From: Lingula anatina
Taxonomy: Eukaryota > Animalia > Brachiopoda
Assembly: GCA_051362555.1 (NCBI GenBank)
Contig: CM120644.1
Coordinates: forward strand, 5,588,954-5,652,953
Length of the DNA: 64,000 nt
Direction of reading: 5' to 3'
The first letter of the stretch is position 1; each line of letters opens with the position of its first letter. Shown here in pieces: positions 48,873 through 60,900 of the stretch. The notes beneath the pieces are model-generated. The model was given only the letters and a program-made list of their open reading frames with translations, ran no database searches and had not been told where the DNA came from. The position numbers and the translations under genes are program-made.

Positions 48873-50712
48873 GACGAGTATCAGGCTGATTCACATCTGT
48901 GCAATGGGAGCGAATCTGCATCGATCCAAATGACGTAGGTTGTGGTTATCACGTCAAACCATTATGATAGAGATCGGGCGCATAATACCTGTACATTGTC
49001 GGTTTCTTGTCTTCTTTTCCCCTTTGTATATGTATTCTTTGTACTAGTAGGCCTATATATCCATTTCCAAGCCTGCGTGTCCTTTATGAAACAGTATAGT
49101 TAACGCGAGTGAATTGCCTCCTTTTCTTTCTATACAAATTAACGTTATGAAACGGGCTTTGATCGGAAGGGCCTCGTGAAACGTTACCAAGATCGATAAG
49201 AAATCGCCTCAGTTACCCTTAGTATGAGCACGTATTAACAAGTTGCTTTTGTGACCAGGCGATGCTAGGTAAAAGCTCTCTGTCAGATAGATCGGTCATG
49301 CAGAGAGTGTGTCGTCAAAATGTTGTCAAACACACCATTACATTAAGCGTAGTGCTGATCAATTCTATGTGCTTAACTTAATTGTCAGCAAACATGGGAG
49401 AGGGCCGTTCCTCCATAAACATTGTCAACGCGTTGTCCCATACTATAGAAACAAGTCTGATGTGGTTTCCATTCGTTCAGTTATCATTTTCAGTGCACAT
49501 GGTTAACGTCCAGATTGTCTGTTTCAGTGTTGGATGGCGGGTATTAGAATAAAATCTCCATCCGCCCTCTAATACTACATGTACTTCGTTTCCATGGCAA
49601 TAATAATAACTCATTTCATTTGAACAATTACATTTCCATAAAGCAGTGTTTTGTTTGTTATTAGTAAACCCCTTATACCAAAAGATTTAAAATTGTTCTT
49701 TGGCTTCGTGTATTTTTTATAAGCCACTGAAATTGAAAAAAAAACATTCAAAAAGTTAAATTCTATCAGAATTTGTAAAATGAGTGAGCTGTTTGAAAAA
49801 GTTTAAATTTTTACTGTAATATGCTGGTGCCCTTTTGTCTCAAAGTGGATTGAAAAACATAGTAGAATATACATACATTAAGTATTACGTTGCACAATGT
49901 ATACAATGAAATCGATTCACCAGATAGAGTCTCTTGTGGTTTAAGTATATATGTTTTTGTATTTAGCGCTTAGCGTTGAAAATGCGCCAGATTTGAGGAC
50001 GTATTTTTATGTATTGATCTTTGGAAGAAAAGCATAATCCCTCATATAATACAGTATATTCGTTCAAATATAACTTAGATAAATCAACTTCAAAACTAGT
50101 ATGTGTAGCTTACAATTGGCAGACCCTCCGGATAAAATAAAATTGAAATAAATAAACGATTCAAATGGTCCCATTTGTCTTCTTGCCTGACCATAAAGAC
50201 AAGCACCTCGATCCGCAAATAACAGTTTGATGCACTGAGTTCTGACATAATTTTCAGTTATAAATAGGGCCTACATTTTAAAGCAATTCATCTCAGTGGC
50301 GACTGAGTATTTGGATGAGTCCGCCCTCCCCCCCCCCCCTCCGCCCCTCTTTCTGATATTGTAGTTTCACAAGTGACTGTTGACGAATTACCTCACTTTT
50401 TGATTAAATAATAGAGGCTTGAATTATTTTCTGCGTGTCTATGTGATATGCAACGAGAACAACAGAAATCATTGGGAGGGGGGAGGGGGGGAGAGGGGGG
50501 AGGCATGGAGCAAATGTTTATCGATATAAGTAATTTCCATATGAAAGGTTTACTACTGATTTTATTTATTCATTTATTTATTTATTTTTTCAATTTAACA
50601 TGTTTTGCATTTAACTTTCAGTTACAAAAGTACCGATGTTGTATATACTACAACACAGTGTGTGAAAACTTGAATCTTAATAACAAAATATTATTTTATT
50701 TTTTAATTTTAG

Positions 50713-52734
50713 ACACATCCGCAAGAAATGAACGGTGCATCGAGGATGAAGCGCCACGAAAACCTGCACCGGCAAATCACAGCCTTTGAAAAGCTGCTCC
50801 AATACGCCATGTCACGATTCTCCATAGAAACACTGTATAGGATGCTGCAAATTCTCTCCAACAGGGAGTACGTTTCTGAAACTACTCAGAAAAACAGATT
50901 TTTTACACGGGCTGCAGCTCACGCTAAAAATGGAGGCCGAATAGAAATAACGTCTTTGGGGAAACTGAGGGAAGTTTTAGGAAAATTTTCGAATAAAATT
51001 GGGACGAAAAAGATGAAATCAGAAGAAGAGCAAAACGTTATCAAATATTTTTCTACTTTCCTGAATGATATTGAATATTTGAGAAAGTTGAAAAAGTATT
51101 TTGATGAAAGAGTTTATATGTGCTTATATGATTATTTTTACGACCCTGACATTGAGAGCCAATTAGACAGGAGCTCTTTGACTCCTAGAGATCTGAAAGT
51201 GATCAAACAATCAAAGCACGTGTCTTTTGATGACGCAGACGACAGCGGGCACTGCTCAACAGCAGACGAAGCAGAAGACGAGCAGGTTGTACCGCTAGAT
51301 CGTGAGGAAAGCCAAGACGTGACGGAATTAAACGACCAAGAAAAATTTGTCCACGCCGTCAAACGATTGTATGAAATAAACAATGCCTGGAGCATTCTTC
51401 TCAAAGAATCAAACATAAATGACGACATTTTTGACGAAGAGAGTCATTATGAGATTCAACCATTTATAAAGTGCGGTGCTTTTGAAAATGTTTTCCGATT
51501 GGTGCCTGACATATTCTCCAAGTGTCACAAATCGGCAGAAATGGCTAAGTTGTGGTGGACACAAGCGAACAAATTATACCGCGAACTCCCAGACGGGAAA
51601 GTAAAACCAAAAGACATGAGAGGAAGAGTGAACGTAGTCGAAATTGGAATTCAGCATCTAACACAGTCCATACAGACGGAAGAAAACCTTCTGTCATTTC
51701 TAAAAAAAGATGCCGCTAGTTTACAGGCACGCGAGAAGCGATTTGACGATTTACGCAGACGATTTGATGAGGTAGAGGTGCGGATGAATTCAACGGGTCG
51801 CAAATATCAGTCAGTGCTGCTTCAAAGGGAATCCCTGCTTAAGAAAATGGAGGCCAGTCCTCTCGGGTCGCGCGTTCGCGCTGTACTAGAGAACAAATTA
51901 GAAGAACTTGAATGGAAACTGTGCGAATATAGCGACACTTTAAAAATCAGAGAGTTTGAACACTCTCTAGTGAAGCACGATTATTTGATCGAACTTGAAA
52001 ATCAACCACATTTTATTAGGTATCAAGCCCATCTAGACTGTAAAATAAGCGAGGTGGAAAAGTCATTGGAGGATAAGAAAACACAGAAAAGGAAGCGGGT
52101 GAAAGAACTCGCGTTACTTCGCACCAATGGCGAGAAAATGCGGGATGTCATGAAACGCTACATCCGGGACGATGATGACCTTGTCATGACCTCGGGAGAA
52201 AATGGCGACAATCCAGTTATCTCTGCGCCAAGCAATCTTGGGACGGCTACAAATGCTACAGTGCGAGTGAAAATGCAGGGACCCAGTGCACCACAGCAAA
52301 CGGGTAGAGCTGACTCAGATCCAGATGATTTTGACATCAAAGTCGTCTCAATTTCTTACAATCTACCGAACACCCCTGACTCCGGATCGCTGGGTGACAC
52401 TAACGACTCGGACCCTGAAACAGTAACCAACTCCACTTCAAATCAGTCTCTGAGGAAATCTCAAACCACAAGCCGTAATAAGAATATCTCTCGAAAAATC
52501 GACCCTAGTCTGAATGTCAAACAACAAAAAACCAAAGCCCTCCGGCGTCTGAAATCGAGAGAACAAGACAACACTTTTTTGAAAGAACCCAAGAAACGAG
52601 GAACAAATCTTAGTAAAAACACCCCGTCGAAAGGAATCTCCAGGCGATTTGAAAGGAAAGACAACAGAGGCGGTGCTCCTACCAAGATTCCACACCCACG
52701 AGGCACCACGCAGACCAGCACAGGAGCAAGATAA
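50713..52734 (+). CDS. Large terminal exon of an uncharacterised coiled-coil protein (668-aa ORF from ATG 50728; ~684 aa with upstream exon)
   Basis: 2-kb ORF in AT-rich DNA with a polypyrimidine acceptor TTTTTTAATTTTAG at 50712. It has a helical N-terminal region, a heptad-rich E/K/R/L segment (~aa 300-480) and a disordered S/T/K/R-rich C-terminus. No family recognised. Confidence 0.85.
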   Translation, partial: THPQEMNGASRMKRHENLHRQITAFEKLLQYAMSRFSIETLYRMLQILSNREYVSETTQKNRFFTRAAAHAKNGGRIEITSLGKLREVLGKFSNKIGTKKMKSEEEQNVIKYFSTFLNDIEYLRKLKKYFDERVYMCLYDYFYDPDIESQLDRSSLTPRDLKVIKQSKHVSFDDADDSGHCSTADEAEDEQVVPLDREESQDVTELNDQEKFVHAVKRLYEINNAWSILLKESNINDDIFDEESHYEIQPFIKCGAFENVFRLVPDIFSKCHKSAEMAKLWWTQANKLYRELPDGKVKPKDMRGRVNVVEIGIQHLTQSIQTEENLLSFLKKDAASLQAREKRFDDLRRRFDEVEVRMNSTGRKYQSVLLQRESLLKKMEASPLGSRVRAVLENKLEELEWKLCEYSDTLKIREFEHSLVKHDYLIELENQPHFIRYQAHLDCKISEVEKSLEDKKTQKRKRVKELALLRTNGEKMRDVMKRYIRDDDDLVMTSGENGDNPVISAPSNLGTATNATVRVKMQGPSAPQQTGRADSDPDDFDIKVVSISYNLPNTPDSGSLGDTNDSDPETVTNSTSNQSLRKSQTTSRNKNISRKIDPSLNVKQQKTKALRRLKSREQDNTFLKEPKKRGTNLSKNTPSKGISRRFERKDNRGGAPTKIPHPRGTTQTSTGAR

Positions 52735-54320
52735 TGATTGGAGATTGTTTCAGATGAGTCAGCAACAGGTGCGCGTGTGCGGATTGTGATAGTTGTGCTT
52801 CAGACGCAATCAATCAGGTATATGAGGTGTTCACAATTCTTATTTGATGTCACTGGTATTATTTGATGTCAACAGGGTAGCCAACTCCTTTTGTGCACAT
52901 TCAACATTTTTATGACTATCGGATTTCTGTGTTTAGGGCGATGATTTATTTTTACACCATATGGATTATAAACGATTGATTTAAAACGGTAGATATGTAC
53001 GTATTCAAGGGATTGGAATCGTAATTAGTGATTCCGTAATTCATATCACATTCGGAGATTGCCGGTTGGGTCCGGAGAAAGCTTCGTATTTCTAATTCAG
53101 ATTATGTATAACCAGTAAACTTAGCCTTCCAAGAGGAGATGAGACAGAGTAAACGTAAAATTGCGGATATGGCTTCAGTAAATTCATGGTGCTAAGCATG
53201 TCATGCATTCTTTGTATCTTTTGCGTTCTTTAAAAATTGATAAATTATTTAACACAGTATATAGTTACCATGTATATTGTGAACAAGAAGTTTGCGTGTT
53301 CGTGCGATCTAGGGGTGTGTATTGTACATATACATTAATGTTTCCGTGTATACCAGTACACCAGTACGCTTGTGAGTGTTTGGAGAGAGAGAGAGAGAGA
53401 GAGAATGGGCTTGTCTGTTTTTTTTTCCTTATTTCTCATCATAGCAATTTGTCTCCTTTTTTTCCTTACGCATTCGGTTCTAAATAATTTTGTAAAATAC
53501 GTTGGTAACAACCCATCCATTAAGGACATATATTAATTGAAAGATGATTTTTGGATGATTAACTGTTTGTTGCGGTCGATCGTTTTAGAAAATTGGTAGC
53601 GTTACCTTAATTAGATTGTCTACACATTTTTCAGTGCTCATCTACGCATAATGCCCAACGACTTTACTTTAACCCAGTTACGTAAGTGATTAAGTAATTT
53701 CATTTGACATCCAAATTGGAGAACGCTTACTTTTTTGTATCCCTAGAGAATTTGAAAGGCAGCTGATCCCATTATGGTAACAGCAAAGTACGCGATTAAC
53801 AAACAATTACTGCTGCCTTGTTTGATACAACAAACTACGGTAATGATTCGATCATTTCAATGTGGAAAATATCCATCTTATTGATACATAATTTTGGGAT
53901 CATTAAACTATTTTTATATAGCATTTATGGTGTTTTTACTGCACTATAAAGGAAATTACAGGTAGCCTGCTTTAATTTTCCATTTTGTTGATACCACTTA
54001 GTGAGAATGTTCTGATTTTAAGAATTTATGACTAAAGAAAATACATAGTATCCGTAAAATTCACAATTTTCCCCATTGAAAAATTCGAGACATTACCGTA
54101 TTTGGCTATACAAAATGATTTAACTTACATTAAGCTTCCACACTTGAATAATTCATTCCTAAAAACTGTCGCGTATGAAAATGATGCCCTGGTACGTACT
54201 TGTTTTTAGTGTGCTGACAGTGAAAACACAGCTAACGAGTTTAAATAGGGTAAATGAACGTTCCCTTAAAATGAAAATCGTACATTGTATGCGACTCGTC
54301 CCCAAATCCATGCACATGTG

Positions 54321-54609
54321 CATGTCGGAGGCAGATCCAGGATTATTTGAAAGGGGGGGGGGGGGGGGGGGGGGGCGCGGATGCGAAGCCAACCCCCCTC
54401 CCACCTGTAGAGGGCCCCGTAAAAATTCTGGTTTTTATAAAAGGGCGAACGGTGCTATTTGGTACAGTTTAGAACTATGATTCAGCTAGTCAAAATTCTA
54501 ATTTCAAGAGGGGACCATTAGTGTGATTTTTTTCAGAAGTTGAAGTGGGGTGTGCTATTACTGCTTTTACTCCTGACCCCCCCCCCCACCCCCCCTAAAT
54601 CCGCCACTG
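54321..54609. mobile_element. GGCGGATCC-family short element
   Basis: GGCAGATCCAGGA.. / ..CTAAATCCGCCACTG with core AACTATGATTCAGCTAGTCAAAATTCTAATTTCAAGAGG, shared with 33033-33072. Confidence 0.6.
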
Positions 54610-57108
54610 CGTGTTCATATGTTCATTATGTCAAAACTGCACGCGTTCTGTCAATAATTTCGGCCATAAAACAGCAAATAAAAATATCTGTTAATAAAAG
54701 TACCGTAAGATCCCCCTTTGATAACAAGCTCTATCAAAAATGCATTTTCTTTAAAGCTTTCCCTATACCTAAGATCGAACATAACAGCTGTGTCCTAGCT
54801 TAAATCAAACGTGCTTTCCGACAGAGCAGAGGCGGGAAGCACATGCAAGAATAAGATTCCCCCAGTTATGTAGCCACCGCTATAACCCTTTCCGGTTTAT
54901 ATGTTCTGCTTTACCTGCAACCAAGGAGTTATAACAGATAACTCCTTGCTGCAACATAACATAAAGAACAATCACCCCATCTAACAAGGTTTCCGCCACG
55001 AAAAGGGTGTTGTAACCACGAACAAACTAAGAGTGATGAGGTGTGACACATGTTCAACTTACACTAATCCTTTTCCATACACCTTAAATCACTTGTAAAC
55101 TTGTATGTAGCGTTTGTTTTGAGACGACTTAACAAGCGTTTTTTTTTCCTGTGCGTGTTCAACATTAGCCAACGGTAATAGCCAACGACGAGTGCATACA
55201 GTACATCTTTTCGTTTATATAAGGTCGATATATACTTTTTTTTTTTTTTGGGGGGGGGGGGTTGGCCTTCAAATGCATCTTTAAGCCTTAAGGGCACATT
55301 GCAAAGGAAACCAACATATATAGTTACTCCGTGCATATACATGCGTTACTTTGGGTGTGCTTCTTGTCTTTACATGCACGATAAAAGACAAATTGTCATG
55401 TTTCACATGCCACTCAGGGTATTTCCGCGCAACCCCGTTACAATTTCATAGTATGACAGCGCCCCGCTGACGACCGAAATATTAATGGTCATCTTTTTCA
55501 AAAGGACGGTCTACTTTCATCCAGTCACAGCGGACGTCAACCTTCCCGTAACAACCAATAACACCGGTGCCCACTCCCTTTAATCACCCTCCACAATACT
55601 AACAACAGCTGAACTGACCCCGTGGGATTTTAATACACCCCTAGGGGGAGTACTCATCTCCTTGATAACAATAACCCGACAGTGCTTGGCTATTAGCAGT
55701 ATTAAAACGGGTGTGACCACTTTGTGGAAACATTTGCATGGATGCGTTGACAAACACCCGAGAATGCCACAAGAGACGGTTTGTTAAGAACGGCACTAAG
55801 CTAAATGCTTTGAAATTAGTGGAAACTAAATTATTTTGTGGTTAGATAGAGGGAATGGTTCAAAGTAAACAATATGAGGCTTTCAGATAATAAAATTACC
55901 GTTTCAGTACTGTACATGTAGCTTGACCGCTTCTTAGAGCACCGGGGCCAATACACTATGAAATGTATGGTAGGGGCGTAGAACACTTTATTTCTTGAGG
56001 TTAAAATGCATTTCATGGCAAAGTGCCTTTAAACAAAGGCAAACGTAGTGTGAAATAAGAAATGTAAAGGAAGTTGCATCCAAGTTTTAGTTACTGGATA
56101 CCTTTGCAAAATCTAATTTACCGGTATGGTCCAATGAGAAAAGCCTGTTCCATTCACTGCTGCGCTTTTGTCCCCTTTTGTGAAGTACATGTAAAGGTAT
56201 AAATTTAGATTCGCCCATTAATTTCCAATGCTGTAGCTGGAAAAAGAGGGAAGCAACATATTACTTCGAATCATAACAAAAAGAAATAAAGCAATCCGAG
56301 ATATCAACTCAAGAAGTCCACAAAAAAGAATAGGAAGAGAAGTCACAGAATCCTTTCTAACAAAAAATGACGTACCGACCGTATTGCACCTTAAAGGTAA
56401 GTTGCGGTTTTGGTTTTTATGAGGGCAATGAAAAACGATGAATGCGGCAGTTGGAACCTGAAAGTCAAACTAATGGGATCCTCTTAAGTCATAACTCCAC
56501 AATTAATAATGCATACAAATTGTTCTTCGACGATAAGAAATAATTCGACAAAAACAAATGAAAAAAAAAAGATAATTATTCTGTAGTTGAATCATATATG
56601 ATACAGTGTAATATTGGGTATCGGTTAGCTGACGGCATCAACGTATTTCGGCTTGTGTTTACTTATTGTCATATATGATGATTAAAATCAATTTGCCCTT
56701 TTCTTTTGTTACGTTTCTTCTTGGCGTATATATGACATTCATTTTTTTTTTTTTTTTTTTGTAGCAAAAGGTCTTCAAATTGCATTATAAATAAGATTTT
56801 TTCCAAATTACTTGTATCTAATATAGACAATCTGGACGAAAATACAATATTATTTTACCGCAAGACGTTATTCTGATGCTTTGCTTGTTTGACAAGTCTT
56901 GTATTTGTATTTGACTTGGCTACAAATGTGACGGAATGTTTATCATTACTTATTTTTATCAATTAACGAATGATGAATGAATGGGGTACGGATAATAATT
57001 GATGAATGATGAACGGAATACGTTCAGTACCGTAACTTCACATTTTTTAAAAAGAAAGCGGTACAGAACATAGACGCCAAGCTGACAGTGAAACACTTAA
57101 GTATAGGC

Positions 57109-57109
57109 T

Positions 57110-57187
<78 letters not shown>
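57109..57187. repeat. (CA)n(TA)n compound microsatellite
   Basis: Seen directly. Other simple repeats: (AAT)n at 23484-23541 and 37051-37101, (TA)n at 48818-48871, poly-A at 44298-44341, (CT)n at 57923-57966. Confidence 0.9.
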
Positions 57188-57191
<4 letters not shown>

Positions 57192-57919
57192 CCCCATAGT
57201 TAGGGAGAGAGAGAGAGAGACTATAAAAAACAATTTTTATTCAAATATCTGTTATTTGCTAAAGGTGAATTACGAAACGTTGCCACGGCCAGTCAACCAG
57301 TTTGCAGGAAAATATCGTATTATTCGCATCAGGTGAAGATATCATCAGATCGGGGGATGTTTTAATCGACTCTGTAATGTCAATGGTATCAAACAAAACA
57401 GGGTCCCTGTAGAGTTGGTTAAAAGTGTGATTTTCGTTTAAATGGACGCCTGAAAGCTGTTAAGGTCTCTTTATTGATAATCCCTTTGGCTATCGGTTGA
57501 TATCAGCTTCCCTAAAACACTAGGGAGGCTTATAAAAGGCTGAACCGATCTTTACTCTCAGGGGTGGGTATAGCTATTGTAAAATAGGCAAATATAATCA
57601 TACAAAGACGCATCTAGATGTGTTGAATATCTTCAAAGGGCCCGAAACATGTATTAAGAGTAAAATGAATAGAAATGTAAGGTATAGAAACAGAGAAAGC
57701 AGCAATGAGTTAAGTGCGAAAATACTGAACTCGCAGAGCCCCATGTTGCTCAAAGGCATTAATCGACGCCAACAACATGTTACTTTAATTGAATCTTGCT
57801 CGTTTGCGTTGAAAAAAGTCTGTAATTATTTGGGTATTGATAAAGGTTATTTGTTTTGCCATTTTTGTCAAAGATATAATGTATACGTATACATAATTGT
57901 TTAAATTGGGCTTTAAAAC

Positions 57920-57969
<50 letters not shown>

Positions 57970-60900
57970 ATGTATACATATCTAATACTGTGTATGTAGA
58001 ATCTTCTATTATACTTTGTTACTAAAGATGTGATTTAGATACACTAGGGAGCTAATGAAGTGAGCAGTCTTGAATGTTATGCAAAAAGTATTAAAAAGAC
58101 GTGGGTTTTAGTAAAACGTGCCGGTTTAACCGCACACTAATGCATTAAATGAAAACCACTTTACACAATAGCCACACATATCAACGGTCATTTTCCTTTC
58201 TAATTATTTAAAAGCTATACAAATATGTCATATTTTTAAAGTAAACAGGAAGTATACGTTTGCAATTGGATTGCTGCGCATTTCCAAAGTTGCTACAAAG
58301 TGTATTTTCTTCTTGGAACCAAACCAAAGATTGAGCAAATCCTCCCCAGTATATTGACCCGTGTTGCGTTGGCGGTCAGGAAATTGATCTTAAGTGTGGA
58401 TATTGGACGTCAGCAGTTCTTCAACTTAAATACTGAAAGTTTGTTTGGTCTAATGATATCATTATATTTAGCCATCAAATAATTTCCTTCTTTTTAACGT
58501 GCTTGGTTGTGGATAAAGTGTACAGAAGCAGTTGTGGGTTGGTTTTGTATGCAAGCACGCTCAAAAAGGGATGGTCTGTTGACGTTTGGCGTTTCTTGGC
58601 ACTGCCATATCCTCTCTCTTTCTGTCTTTTACTCTTCCTCTCCGCCAACAGTTAACCGCATACCACTGCCTCTTTCAGACTCGCACAGTATATGTGGTAA
58701 TACCGTATCGCTACATATGGTCACTGCCATGCTGTCACAAGTCGGAGCTCTGCCACTGCCATGACATTTAGACTCGCCTGTACTAATATGATTTCTGAGA
58801 TAACAAATGTTGCTACTATTTTAATTCTAGAAGGAAATGAAGTGTGAACGAGAGATTGTGGGACGTAAAGGTGACATTTGAAGCACACGGTTATCAGGCT
58901 AGAATAACATGTCATTATCGTTCCCTTTCAACTTCCTTAGTTTTGCCTTCCAGTTTTGTAAATATCCAGTAATTAAAACAAATACGGAGTCTAACTTGAA
59001 ACATGTCTGTTTCAATGAGGCTGTAGGTGGAATAAATAGTGAATACCCAAGGCCAAGGACACTGGAAGTTTGAACAGGATAGAAATCGAGGAAAATTATC
59101 TGACGAGTTGAAGGCACGAAATTCGAAAAAATTGAAACCAAGTTTGACAAGCAACGGGTAGATTAGGTAGTGTATTTTAAGAATCGAATTGACACATGGA
59201 ACAAGGAAGTACAAATCAAGCAAACTAAATTTAACACTCGTGCACGCTTATGGTTTCTACAAGTACAGAAAATCATTAGTTTCTATAATATCAAATGTCA
59301 CGTTCTTGCGTATAGGCGGAAACAATTTCAGGATATTCTAGTTACTAATATTGAACGTTAAGCCTCTGTTAGACCCGGTTTGCGACCGTTTGGAGGAGGT
59401 TTTTTACCCACTTTCACTCACTTCAAGTTAGGGCTTTGGCATTATTTGGCATTTGAAAGTCAACATAAAATTCATACATCAGTGTTAATGAAGATGAAAT
59501 GTCGCACCATTATCTTTGTTGTACATGTTTGAGTACGTGACAACCTTCTTTCTCTGAGAGGTCCCAAGTGACAGGGTCTTTTAACTTAAAGGTTGTAGAT
59601 TAAAAGCTACAGGAGCTAAAGTGCTTCCAAATACGTCTTAGTAAGTACTATGCACCTAAAAAGAAGCATCAGGAATGAGACTGAAAACGCTATGTCAAAA
59701 ATGACACTGTTTTTGAGTATGTTCATCTAAAAACACTACGACAAGATCTATCATCGGTGTATTTAAGTACGATTCCCCGAATGCTTGTAGACATCAATCA
59801 TATAATGTCTATCTATTAGCGAAGCATATTAGAAAAAAATCATTTTCTCCAGGGATTTTTGTTTACAGGGATCAGTTAGATTAGCGTATAACCCTTAATG
59901 TCGTACATGTATAAATCAGCAAAATCATCGCGTCTCAACAATCGGGGCAAATCAGTTGACATAAGAACACGTGGCGGTCGCTCACAGAACCGATCATGCA
60001 GATAATGAGAATCTCTGGCTTTACAGCCTTAGATCTTTGCCTCTAGATGCTGCATGCCCGCCTACATGTAGATTAATGAATATAAGGGTGTAATAGATCT
60101 TCTTGGGTTGAAACCTGTTTTTTTATAAGACAAAAAGTAAGCAGAGAGAGAGAGAGAGGAGGGGTGGGGTTGTGGGGGCTTATGGTGGAAATTGCAGAAT
60201 GGCATTTTACATTGTACAAAATAAAAGCAAAAGGCAAAGTGTTGTATGGGGAACCGTTTCGTTAATACCGAGCCCAGCGGTATTTCTCATTCCAACAGCA
60301 AAATGGATATGTTGAGAATATGATGCACCCTTATGTGTCATCTACACGTAACTAGCATAGCATTAGATTTTGAAAGAGGTGATTTGTTAAAAATTACATT
60401 AAAACTAGATTAAGCTAAATTCATGCCCTAATGGCATTTCACCCGCACTTACGTGGCATTAGCTAGGTACATGTATATTCAATGGGTATTTTCATTTGAA
60501 ATCTGATTTACAAAAAACGTGTTCGATAGCATCTGACCAAAACAGAAGAGTCAGTGACAATGGAAATAATTGAAAATAGCCTAAAACGAAACCATGACTA
60601 GATAACAAGCGAGAATACGTGTGAGTTGAGGTTAACTTTACAGCAATAGCGTGAAACTCTTGTCGCCGGACATGTTTTTTAGAAAGCAATACAAACAGAG
60701 ACGCACAACATAGTCAATTAGCACTGTTGTGTAGTAGACCGTAATTTTACGAAACATAAAAGGAAGCAATCATAAAAAAAAAAAAACATTTGTAGATAAA
60801 TCCTCTCAATTTTAATCGCTGTCCCATCACTGCAGTGAAGTCTGCCATTATTTCTGGACCCCCGAATCTAGAGAAAACCTGCTTCCTTTTACACTAAGAT

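Noticed and set aside
51138-52721. Antisense ORFs within the 668-aa ORF
   Set aside because: These are shadows of the sense coding sequence with no independent features.
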